Shown: positions 20,050-32,100 of the stretch, piece after piece
How positions within the stretch are numbered: the first letter of the stretch is position 1
Layout: each line of letters starts with the position of its first letter
NCBI GenBank assembly: GCA_032718475.1
Contig: JAUCBJ010006027.1
Span: forward strand, 1-53,551
Reading direction: 5' to 3'
DNA length: 53,551 nucleotides
Source: Nemertoderma westbladi
Taxonomy: Eukaryota > Animalia > Xenacoelomorpha
Made by a program: the position numbers and the translations under genes
The notes under the pieces: model-generated
The model's input: the letters and a program-made list of their open reading frames with translations, nothing else
Told to the model about the DNA's origin: nothing
Database searches by the model: none

Positions 20050-22865
20050 GGCCTTTGGCTGGTAGCGATCGGCGTACTGGTACATTCAGCTTAGGCTATA
20101 GTCATGGTCGCATTTACAGTTGCTTATCAGTGTTCTTATTATTTGGTGGGGATATTCATCCTAATCCTGGTCCGTGTTGTATCTGTATGGAGGGTTTGGA
20201 TTTAGAAGGGTTAATTTCACCAGGGTCTATATTACACTGTGAAACATGTAATACTTGATTTCACAAATCTTGCTTGGTTATCAGCGAAGGCGATCAGTCA
20301 GGCTTTATTTCTAGTGCTGCATAGATTTGTCCTGAGTGTAATCACCCAAATTTCTCATTTCACTTTCATGGTTTACATTCTGGATCTCAGTTATCGAACT
20401 CATTCTCCTCGTTGGAATTATCAGATAGTGACATTGATGGCGATGGTCACACTCAGGGTACTGATGACATCAGTCATGGCCATGGCTATGAGCTAAGTAA
20501 TGGAAACAGGTCTACAAGGTCGCAACTGCTTTCATCCCTGCAAGGAATACATTGTACACAAGAAAACCAAAGCAGGTCCAGCAATAATTTTCGTTGCCAA
20601 AAGAAGGTCTGTGTATTGAATGCACGTAGTATTAAAGCATATAATCGGAGGTTTAACAAGTTATTGGAGTTTCATCAGTTTGTTGCGGATCAACATATCG
20701 ACATGATTGCAGTTACGGAATCTTGGTTGAATTCTAATGATAAAGATGAAGAAATTATACCAAATAAGGAGTGGTGCATATATCGTAAGGATAGAGTTGA
20801 TAAGGTTGATGGGGGGGTGTTCCTTATGTTGAGGAACAATTTCACCAGCCTACACAGAAAGGATCTGGAGTTCGGATGCTCTGAAATTATGGTGGTGGAG
20901 TTACGCCCTGTGGGTGGCGAAAGGGCTGCTATGGTGGTGGGTTACAATCCGCCAATTGATTCTCGTTTCCCGGCTGAGTCTCGTGCTGCTAGGTCAACCT
21001 TTATATGCGATCTACGATTGGTTTTGCAGCGTTGCTCAAATGCAAAGCTCAATCAGGTTTACTTGTTTGGTGACTTTAATCTGCATGAGGGTATTGAGTG
21101 GGGCTCACAAACGGCGAAAACTCTTGGTTCTGATGAAAGCAACTTTTGTGAGCTGTTGAACGACTTCTGTTTGCAACAGCTGGTAGATACACCGACGCAC
21201 ATTAGTGGGAACATTTTGGATTTGGTGTGCACTAATTATTGTGAGCGTTTGAGTGATCTTTATGTTATAGAGCATGGTTTTAGCTCTGACCACTTTCCAG
21301 TAGTTTTTCGGTTGGGGTTCTTGGCTCCAACCGGGAAGAGGTTGAAGAAGTTTGTTTATAATTAAAAAAAAAAAATTTTTGATGAACTTAAACAGTTTTA
21401 CTCACGAAATCTAGATCCCGAGTACTTTGAGGCGAATCTATCACAGGGCTCAAAGTCTGATGTTAATTACCCCAAGGATAATTACCAAGGTTGTTTTGGA
21501 ACTTTTATCATTCTAAGACAAAATCTAGTGCTTCACCCGCTGTTATAAAGCACAGGGATGGAGTACTTACATCTGATTACGATATTGCTTGTAAATTCAA
21601 TGACAAGTTTTTCCCAAATTTTAGTGAACCATTGTCCGCATCTGTGCTACCATACATTTTTAGTTGGCGGAATTGTAATCTGGAAAGCACGTCATGCTTT
21701 TCTCCTCAACATGTGCTCAAGATTTTACGATCTTTAAATAGCAACAAGGCTGCAGGCTTTGATGCAATTCCACCCATTGTTCTAATTCAGTGTGCAGGTG
21801 AATTAAGTGAGTCATTGTGCAATATATTTAATTTGTCACTGGCGACAGGTATTTTTCCTGAGGCTTGGAAGAGTGCAGTGGTTATTCCCGTATATAAGAA
21901 GCTAGAGCGTAATATTGCTGACATGACAACTATAGGCCAGTGTCTTTGTTGTCAGTTATATCTAAAGTATATGAACGATGTTTATGTGATCACATTATAT
22001 ATCAGATTAAACCACTGTTTTCTCTTAGTCAACATGGTTTCTGTGCTGGTCGCTCAACAGTGACCCAGCTCATTGGTGCATATCATACTATTGGTAAGAT
22101 TTTAGATAATGGTGGGCAGGTAGATGTGCTGTACTTGGATTTTTCCAAGGCATTTGATAGTGTACCTCATACGTTATTGATTCATAAGCTAAAAAGCTTT
22201 GGTTTTAGTGGTGCAATATTGAAATTGATGGAATCATATTTATCAAACCGTAGGCAATGTGTGTCGCACAATGGCTCAGTTTCCTATAGGCTAGATGTGC
22301 GGTCAGGGGTCCCACAGGGGTCCTTGTTGGGGCCCATTTTGTTCAGTATGTATATCAATGACATGCCGCGTGTGGCAGAAAGAGACCACACGGTTTCTCT
22401 TTATGCTGATGACTCTAAGCTTTTCTCTGAAATAAAATCTGTTACAGACTGCTGGGACCTACAAGGCAGCTTAGATAAATTACTTGTTTGGAGCGAGACA
22501 TGGGGTATGAGTTTTAACACTAAGAAATGCAAGGTGCTAACTATAACTAGGAAGAAATTCCCAAATTTATATTTTTATAATTTGAGGGGCCACCCACTGG
22601 GTCGTGTAACTAGTTTCACCGATCTAGGTTTGAAAATCACCGGGAACCTAGATTGGTCAGCGCACATTGATGACGTTGTTGGTAGGACGAATAAAACTTG
22701 GTTTATGATAAGGAGAGTGTGTGATAGTTCACATGGTGAACTAATGGAAACGTTATTTGTTTCGTTGTGCCGTAGTAAATTGGAGTACGCCAGTCCAGTG
22801 TGGGACACACACATCAAACATAACCGCCTTCGACTGGAAGGGGTTCAGCGACGTGTTTGTATTAG
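20050..22865 (+). mobile_element. Degenerate CR1-group LINE ORF2: 2A-like motif, PHD-like finger, APE endonuclease, reverse transcriptase
   Basis: LLFGGDIHPNPGP then CxxC..HCETC; APE motifs LNARSI, AVTESWL, YRKDR, GDFN, PTH..GNILDLV, SDH; RT motifs WKSAVVIPVYK, QHGF..GRST, LDFSKAFDSVPH, SGVPQGSLLGPILF, LYADDSK, SKLEYASPVW. Contains stops and frameshifts, and the 3' end is truncated. Confidence 0.92.
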
Positions 22866-22938
22866 AAACGATCCTTCAAAATACAAAGTATGCTGTCATG
22901 TTGTTCGTTCATTCAATATGCTCTAATTAACAATAAAC

Positions 22939-23174
22939 ACAATATTGCAATGTTCTAGAGTTAATATACGGAAATAAAAACCTTTAGCGAATAAAACTGT
23001 AATAATCACTTCTGCCTTATCCTTCAGCAAATTAACCTAATATAATAACCTCGGCCTGCGGCCTCGGTAATTATACAGGATAATTTGCTTCTGGAACGGC
23101 ATCAGTGACTATTCAGTTTTATTCGCTTCAGGTTATTATTTCCGTATATTAACTCTAGAACATTGCAATATTGT
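22939..23174. mobile_element. Fold-back / MITE-like palindromic element, ~236 bp
   Basis: acaatattgcaatgttctagagttaatatacggaaataa is a perfect inverted match of the right end. Imperfect pairing continues inward to a central ctcggcctgcggcctcgg. About 33 bp of the right end is tandemly duplicated out to ~23213. Confidence 0.8.
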
Positions 23175-23414
23175 ATGTATATTAATTCTAGAACATTGCA
23201 ATATTGTATGTATAACAATTTTATAGGCTATTCTTTAAACCTATCTTATACTTTTCAACATTTTTGATTTAAGATTTAATCACAATTTAAAAAAAATATA
23301 ATTTATCCAGTTTCTTTGGTAATTTTACTGAATTAGACCTAACAGAAGTAATTAAAATGACAAGTTCCAATGCAATATTCGATGACTCTGAAGAAAGCGT
23401 ATGCAGCCTAAGGG

Positions 23415-23567
23415 GGGTGTTCTCAGCCTAGGCTGAGATAACTGGGGAGTGTTCTCAGCCTAGGCTAAGATAACTTGGGAGTGTTATCAGCCTAGGCTGA
23501 GATAACTTGGGAGTGTTCTCAGCCTAGGCTAAGATAACTTGGGAGTGTTCTCAGCCTAGGCTGAGAC
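23415..23567. repeat. 32-bp tandem repeat, ~5 copies, each with a palindrome
   Basis: Unit gagtgttctcagcctaggct(g/a)agataacttgg; contains the 18-bp palindrome tctcagcctaggctgaga. Confidence 0.92.
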
Positions 23568-23570
23568 GAC

Positions 23571-26500
23571 TGGACCATCTCTAGGGTGCTACTATGACAA
23601 ACACAGTTCAATGGGCCGCCTCTAGGGTGCGACTGCGACAAACACAGTTCAATGGACCGTCTCTATGGTGCTACTATGACAAACACAGTTCAAGGACCGC
23701 CTCTAGGGTGCGACTGCGACAAACACAGTTCAAGGGCCGCCTCTAGGGTGCGACTGCGACAAACACAGTTCAAGGGCCGTCTCTACGGTGCGACTGCGAC
23801 AAACACAGTTCAATGGACCGTCTCTAGGGTGCTACTATGACAAACACAGTTCAATGGGCCGCCTCTAGGGTGCGACTACGACAAACACAGTTCAATGGGC
23901 CGCCTCTAGGGTGCGACTGCAACAAACACAGTTCAATGGGCCGCCTCTAGGGTGCTACTGCGACAAACACAGTTCAAGGGCCGTCTCTACGGTGCGACTG
24001 CGACAAACACAGTTCAATGGGCCGCCTCTACGGTGCGACTGCGACAAACACAGTTCAAGGGCCGTCTCTACGGTGCGACTGCGACAAACACAGTTCAATG
24101 GGCCGTCTCTACGGTGCGACTGCGTCAAACACATTACAATGGACCGCCTCTAGGGTGCTACTACGACAAACACAGTTCAATGGGCCGCCTCTAGGGTGCT
24201 ACTGCGACAACCACAGTTCAATGGACCGTCTCTAGGGTGCTACTATGACAAACACAGTTCAATGGGCCGTCTCTACGGTGCGACTGCGTCAAACACAGTT
24301 CAATAGGCAGTCTCTACGGTGCGACTGCGACAAACACAGTCCAATGGACCGTCTCTAGGGTGCTACTATGACAAACACAGTTCAATGGGCCGCCTCTAGG
24401 GTGCTACTATGACAAACACAGTTCAATGGGCCGCCTCTACGGTGCGACTGCGACAAACACAGTCCAATGGACCGTCTCTAGGGTGCTACTATGACAAACA
24501 CAGTTCAATGGGCCGCCTCTACGGTGCGACTGCGACAAACACAGTCCAATGGACCGTCTCTAGGGTGCTACTATGACAAACAAAGTTCAATGGACCATCT
24601 CTAGGGTGCTACTATGACAAACACAGTTCAATGGGCCGCCTCTAGGGTGCGACTGCGTCAAACACCGTTCAATGGACCGTCTCTAGGGTGCGACTGCGAC
24701 AAACACAGTTCAAGGGCCGTCTCTACGGTGCGACTGCGACAAACACAGTTCAATGGACCGTCTCTAGGGTGCTACTATGACAAACACAGTTCAATGGGCC
24801 GCCTCTACGGTGGGACTGCGACAAACACAGTTCAATGGACCGTCTCTAGGGTGCTACTATGACAAACACAGTTCAATGGGCCGCCTCTACGGTGCGACTG
24901 CGACAAACACCGTTCAATGGACCGTCTTAGGGTGCTACTATGACAAACACAGTTCAATGGGCCGTCTCTACGGTGGGACTGCGACAAACACAGTTCAATG
25001 GACCGTCTCTAGGGTGCTACTATGACAAACACAGTTCAATGGGCCGCCTCTAGGGTGCGACTGTGACAAACACAGTTCAATGGACTATCTCTAGGGTGCT
25101 ACTATGACAAACACAGTTCAATGGGCCGCCTCTAGAGTGCGACTGCGACAAACACAGTTCAATGGACCGTCTCTATGGTGCTACTATGACAAACACAGTT
25201 CAAGGACCGCCTCTAGGGTGCGACTGCGACAAACACAGTTCAAGGGCCGCCTCTAGGGTGCGACTGCGACAAACACAGTTCAAGGGCCGTCTCTACGGTG
25301 CGACTGCGACAAACACAGTTCAATGGACCGTCTCTAGGGTGCTACTATGACAAACACAGTTCAATGGGCCGCCTCTACGGTGGGACTGCGACAAACACAG
25401 TTCAATGGACCGTCTCTAGGGTGCTACTATGACAAACACAGTTCAATGGGCCGCCTCTACGGTGCGACTGCGACTAACACCGTTCAATGGACCGTCTCTA
25501 GGGTGCTACTATGACAAACACAGTTCAATGGGCCGTCTCTACGGAGCGACTGCGACAAACACAGTTCAATGGACCGTCTCTAGGGTGCTACTGCGACAAA
25601 CACAGTTCAATGGGCCGTCTCTACGGTGGGACTGCGACAAACACAGTTCAATGGACCGTCTCTAGGGTGCTACTATGACAAACACAGTTCAATGGGCCGC
25701 CTCTAGGGTGCGACTGTGACAAACACAGTTCAATGGACCATCTCTAGGGTGCTACTATGACAAACACAGTTCAATGGACCGTCTCTAGGGTGCGACTGCG
25801 ACAAACACAGTTCAATGGACCGTCTCTACGGTGGGACTGCGACAAACACAGTTCAATGGACCGTCTCTAGGGTGCTACTATGACAAACACAGTTCAATGG
25901 GCCGCCTCTAGGGTGCGACTGTGACAAACACAGTTCAATGGACCATCTCTAGGGTGCTACTATGACAAATACAGTTCAATGGGCCGCCTCTAGGGTGCGA
26001 CTGCGACAAACACAGTTCAATGGACCATCTCTAGGGTGCTACTATGACAAACACAGTTCAATGGGCCGTCTCTACGGTGCGACTGCGACAAACACAGTTC
26101 AATGGGCCGCCTCTAGGGTGCGACTGCGTCAAACACCGTTCAATGGACCGTCTCTAGGGTGCTACTATGCCAAACACAGTTCAAGGGCCGCCTCTAGGGT
26201 GCGACTGCGACAAACACAGTTCAAGGGCCGCCTCTAGGGTGCGACTGCGACAAACACAGTTCAAGGGCCGTCTCTACGGTGCGACTGCGACAAACACAGT
26301 TCAATGGACCGTCTCTAGGGTGCTACTATGACAAACACAGTTCAATGGGCCGCCTCTAGGGTGCGACTGCGACAAACACAGTTCAATGGACCGCCTCTAG
26401 GGTGTGACTGCGACAAACACAGTTCAATGGGCCGCCTCTAGGGTGCGACTGCGACAAACACAGTTCAATGGGCCGTCTCTAGGGTGCTACTATGACAAAC

Positions 26501-27244
26501 ACAGTTCAATGGGCCGCCTCTAGGGTGCGACTGCGACAAACACAGTTCAATGGGCCGCCTCTACGGTGCGACTGCGTCAAACACAGTGCAATGGACCGCC
26601 TCAAGGGTGCGACTGCGACAAACACAGTTCAATGGGCCGCCTCTAGGGTGCGACTGCGACAAACACAGTTCAATGGACCGTCTCTAGGGTGCTACTATGC
26701 CAAACACAGTTCAAGGGCCGCCTCTAGGGTGCGACTGCGACAAACACAGTTCAAGGGCCGCCTCTAGGGTGCGACTGCGACAAACACAGTTCAATGGACC
26801 GCTCTGGCCTAGGGTGCTACTATGACAAACACAGTTCAATGGACCGCCTCTAGGGTGCGACTGCGACAAACACAGTTCAATGGACCGCCTCTAGGGTGTG
26901 ACTGCGACAAACACAGTTCAATGGGCCGCCTCTAGGGAGCTACTATGACAAACACAGTTCAATGGGCCGCCTCTAGGGTGCGACTGCGACAAACACAGTT
27001 CAATGGGCCGTCTCTAGGGTGCTACTATGACAAACACAGTTCAATGGGCCGCCTCTAGGGTGCGACTGCGACAAACACAGTTCAATGGGCCGCCTCTACG
27101 GTGCGACTGCGTCAAACACAGTGCAATGGACCGCCTCAAGGGTGCGACTGCGACAAACACAGTTCAATGGGCCGCCTCTATGGTGCGACTGCGACAAACA
27201 CAGTTCAATTGGCCGCCTCTACGGTGCGACTGCGACAAACACAC
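23571..27244 (+). repeat. 41-bp (some 40-bp) minisatellite, ~90 copies
   Basis: Unit tgg(a/g)ccg(t/c)ctcta(g/c)ggtgc(tactat/gactgc)gacaaacacagttcaa. Confidence 0.98.
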
Positions 27245-27704
27245 TTATATTTTTACATTTTAGTACAGAACGGTCTTATGAATGAACTCAAACTTTATAA
27301 TATCTAAATCTATTTATAAGAAAATTAACAGAAAACTGTACAAACCGAAGAAAATTAATATAATATTATTTCGGGAAGTTTATTCATGAAATATGAATTA
27401 CTCCTGACTAAAAATTTACAAACAGCCCATAAGACAATGATACTTATAATCAATCTAAAGCTAGAAAGTCAAAAAAAAAAATCCAAAATTATCTACGATA
27501 TAAAAGCGATGTCTTCCAAATTTAGTTAAATATTAATCGGACCTACTGTATCAAGAATATGTTTTTTTGTTGCAAAATGGGATGCATAAAAAAATGTTCA
27601 TTGGAAGTTTAAATTATGGTAGCACCATCCAATACCTCGTTGCTATAGTAATAAATCACTGCGATCCATGGATTAGCATTGCACTAGCCCTGCGATTGAT
27701 GAGG

Positions 27705-29173
27705 TCACAAACCCCCTCCGACGAAGGGCGATGCAGAGGGATCCACGCCCCTAAAGACGTCACGGACGCCCAGGGGAGGGGCGGGAGGGGGGCGAGCGAG
27801 GGAGGCTGGAGGGGGGCGGGGGAGCAGTCCCGGTCGAGGGGGGCCGGCAGTACGGCGCAGACGGGGGTCGATGTGAGCCCCCGGGTGGGTGTCGATGTGA
27901 GCCCCCGGGTGGGTGTCGAGGTCTGAGGAACCGTACCTCGCAGGTACACCCGGGTTGGGAAGTCCAATACGGGTTGCTGGTTGATCCATCACGTTACCAG
28001 TTTGATTCATTAACATTTGAGTTTGATCCATGGGATTATTCATTTGTCCCAACGAATTACTAATTTGATCATTCTGGTTATTCATTTGTCCCATTTGGTT
28101 ATTTATTTGTCCCATTTGGTTATTTATTTGTCCCATTTGGTTATTCATTTGTCCCATTAGGTTATTCATTTGACCGATAGGGGCGACAGTCTGACCCATC
28201 GGATTGAATTGCGGTCGCGAAGTGATTCCCTGTCTGGCGGTCTGCCGGCTCCCAGTGGCCGCCGTGGGTCCGCTCTGCTGGAGGGCGCCGACTAATGAAC
28301 CGACTGTGGCTGGCGACTGCCCCTGGGGAGATGGGACCGCGGGCAGTGAGGCTCCCGCTGATCGATCGGCTTCACGACCAGCCGGTTTCGGTGGAGTTAG
28401 CGGCTTCAAGGAGACCTCGGGTTGCTGGGGAACCTCGGCGAACTCGATCTGCGAGTAGATGCTCTTGGGGTTCTCCGACTGGTTGAGACGGGGGTCGTCC
28501 ATCTTGGAGGAGTGTCCGTCGCGGTACTTCCGGTGTTTGGGGTCGACCCGAATGAGTCGCACCTCCAGCGGTCTCACCGGTTTCGGGTAGTACCACTTGA
28601 TGGTTTCGTGGGGCTGGTGGATTAGGATTGAGCTCGCGGCGAGGGAGGTGCTGAATCCCCGAGTCGTACCGGCCATCGCCTTGCCGAGGATTCCCGCCAG
28701 GTCCACCGGTTTCGCCAACTCCGCCGCCGGTTTAGCCGCTTGCCGTGCTCTGTCCAGGATGGTCTTCACAAGATTTGCCGACGATGATGGCGGTTTTCTG
28801 TCCGGAGAGTTTGTCGAAGTCCCCGCGGCGTCGCTCGGTGGCGGCGGCGGCAGCGGCAACTCGCTGCGTTTCCGACTCGCTCTCCGATCGCGGGGATCTT
28901 CCGATTTACCGCGAACCTCGGGTTTCCCCCTCGCCTCATTCTTAGCTTCCGTCTCGGTTTCCTTCCCCGCGTCCGGGCTGACCGGCGGTAGCGGCGGTTT
29001 CGTCTCCGCTGGGTGCGACTCAGGGGGTGCGGGCGCCGGGGGAACTGGGGCGCTGGGCTGCGTCGACGGGCGAGCGACTCCCGTCGACTTCCCCCATCGG
29101 TTCCCGGTATGCTCGACTTCGGATTCGTCGTCACTCGAGGTGGAAAACCAACGACTAACTTCCTTATCCCGAC
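27705..29173 (-). CDS. ZC3H4-like terminal exon 13 (Pro-rich, DPR motifs, GQMNNQM repeats)
   Basis: Acceptor ttttcag before 29173; open frame continues into track ORF 27705-28859 and ends at TGA. Confidence 0.85.
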
Positions 29174-32100
29174 CTGAAAAGGAAATAACAATTAGGGGAC
29201 GGAAAGGAATTATTGAAAATAAAAGTAAATAGAAACGGCCCTACTATAATATTCATAGCGGTTTATAAAATTTATCTAATAAAATCACTCAAATTAGCTA
29301 ACGGTCTGCATTTGTCAATTAGCTAAGAATATTGTTTAGAGCGCCTTTAGCTAACGTTTTTAAAATGTTACAACAATAACAGCCTGAGTGTGAGTAGTCT
29401 GACTTATCTTCTTCCTGAGAGATATTGCTAACCCCCTCAGCCTCACTGGTGGGGCTTTTATAGTGAGACGAGACGAGACGAGGCGAGGCAGACCTCCACT
29501 CATATGTTTCAACAAACCTATTTCATTAGTTCTGTTTCCTTGGAGACACGACTGATCCGGTAACCGTTCCGATTGTTTCTCAGATAAGCGACTAAAGAAT
29601 TCAATAGCTTTACTCGACATGTTCTTTGGCGGCTTCATCATCATTTTCAGTGGTTTGGATGGCGGCTTTGGTTCCTTAGGAGGGGCTGCTTCAGAAGTAA
29701 CCTCCTCTTTTACCATGGCAACGGGTGTCTCTAATTCTGATTCGCCAGTATCAATGTGTAATTGGTTTTCTTCTAATATAATTATAAAATAATAATTAGC
29801 GTCTTGATAAAGTAAATTCGCTTGAAAATATATTGTATAGCAGAAAATAGTATCACCTAAATGTGAATCGAATTAAAAGCTGAAATGGAATAAGTGAATA
29901 AAATACTGAATATAATTTAATAGCCGTTTTGTATTTTCTAATATTAAATGCGCCTTAAAACTGCTGAAATTTATTCAGTTAAAATCTAAAGTAATATGGT
30001 GACGCCACTGGCGTATAATATGTATAAAAAAATTATATGTAAAGAAATATTGATAAAGTGAGATATTGAGGAAAGTTATTCAATGAAGCTGACCGATGTA
30101 AATATTAGAACATTTTAAATTGAAATATTTTACGGTTGTACAGCCGTTAGCTGAAGGTATGTATAACTTACCTTCGTCCACGTACAAAACGGCGGATGCG
30201 TTCTCTAAGATAACCGGAGCGGCGGTTGAGTTGGCTTCGTTGCCTGGATACGGGATCCGTTGATCCTGATCCAAGGCGGACTCGAACTGGAAACCGCGAC
30301 CGACCCGGTTGTCGATATCCCGGGGATATCCCTCCCCCTTGTACTCCGCCGCCATGTACGAGTCGCCGGGCGAGTATCGCGTATCGCCCGCCAGGTTTCG
30401 GTTGTAGCCGTACTGGTATTCGACGTCGAGGTATTCCTGCTCGCCCCCTAGCGCCTGTCCGGGGAATCCATTCCCGGATTCCCCGACGTAGGCCGGCGAG
30501 CCCGGCATGCCGACGTCGAACCGAGTTCGCCGCTCCGAATTCTCGCGGTACGACGGACCGCCGCGGAAACCCGCCAAGTCGCCGCGGACCCATCCGTTCT
30601 CCGGGTTGTCGTGGAAACGGTCGTTGAAGCTGGCGGGCGCCTCGCTCCATCGGTTGAGCAGCGGGCGGCGCGGGGGGACGAGTCCCCGAGGGGGCGCCAC
30701 GCCGCGCGGTCCCCCGCGGAAACCCCGGTCGTCGGGGGGAGGGGCACCGCCCAGTCGGTCGTCCTGGAAACCGGGGCGACGACCGCGGGATGACCGGTCG
30801 AAGAAAGGGACCCTAGAGAGAACCGGAACCGGAAGTTAGTAAGATAGTAAGTAACCAGGAACAAATAAGATAATATACAGTACATTACACATTCGTGGGG
30901 AAATTCTACTAATCTCTATTAGATATACGAAAACGTCTTTCCCAAAACATCAATGAGTTGAGTGATCCTTTCAGTTTGCGTTAAACTGGTTGTCTCAGTG
31001 GTCCATCTCAGTTTGCCCTTACACACTTTAACTGTGATTTGTAAACCTACTAACTGGGGCTATTTAAGTAAAGTATGACATTTTTAGTTTTACAATACTC
31101 CTCTCCCTCATCAACCTCGTTGCGCTCGTCCATTTTTGTCTGAAAATATTTTTCCTAAACGGAGACTAACGACCTTTTTATTCTCGAAACTGTGCGAGTA
31201 ACAGCTGATTTATGGCAGATGGATAGATAATCGTATCCACTGCAAAACTCGTTGGGTTCGATCGTTTTTTGACCAAACTTCAGATTATTTCTATACTTTT
31301 GACGGACTACAGTTTGTACGTACCAAGTTTGTTTTAATTTCCATCAAGGAATGACTGACTGAGTTATTAGCGAACAAAAATTAGATGACGACAAACGACA
31401 GACAACTCGTTAATGGTACCCACCTACCCATATGCTAAAGGCTCTCTCCCATATGCTAAGCTCGCCCCGCACACATTGGTTTTAACAGCTCAATTTTATT
31501 TCATTATAAACTCGAAACTCGAATGTTTTGGTTAGAAAAACATGACACTGTAACCTGCTCCTTTCCCATAATAAAGTTGCAGGATCAACTACAACTACTT
31601 ATTATTTTCGCTTTTTTTGCTTCTCATTCCGTTGTCGTCGGACTGCCTGGTTGTTGCAGCATTACATACCTTGTACTGCTGTGCAGAAAGTCTGTCGTGG
31701 GTCTCGCTTGTATGTCCATTAACGAAGGTACCGAGGATGAATCATCTGCTCCCTGGTTGGTTGGATCTCCCTCCTCTCCCTTAGACGGTTCCGTTAACCC
31801 CGTAAGAGGTGGGCTCGTATTATTGGCCAATAAATCCGGTCTAATGCCGGGAACTATGAGGTCGCCATCTTCCAACATGTAGAAATCCTCATTCTGCATT
31901 AGAGCTGAAACATAAATTACAGTTATTTAATACGAGTCCTATTCGATTAAAGGCAAAGATGTTTCAATAACCGGGAATGAATTAGTTACTTTGGCATCTT
32001 GTTTTATGCCGCAATGTAAAATTACGTTTTGTACGTCTTTGCAAAAAAATAATAGTCTCAGTTTTAGGTGCGGTAGAGGTCGCAGTATCTGTGTCACTCA

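Noticed and set aside
23652-27307. ORFs within the 41-bp array
   Set aside because: Translations of the tandem repeat in several frames; no coding signature.
27567-30885. Plus-strand and alternative-frame ORFs over the GC-rich exons
   Set aside because: Shadow ORFs of the GC-rich ZC3H4-like exons; the spliced minus-strand frame explains the region.
31080-31480. Possible Helentron/DINE-like non-autonomous element in intron 10
   Set aside because: Only vague word-level resemblance (accaaactt, accaagttt, gacagaca); no subterminal inverted repeats or ends could be defined.
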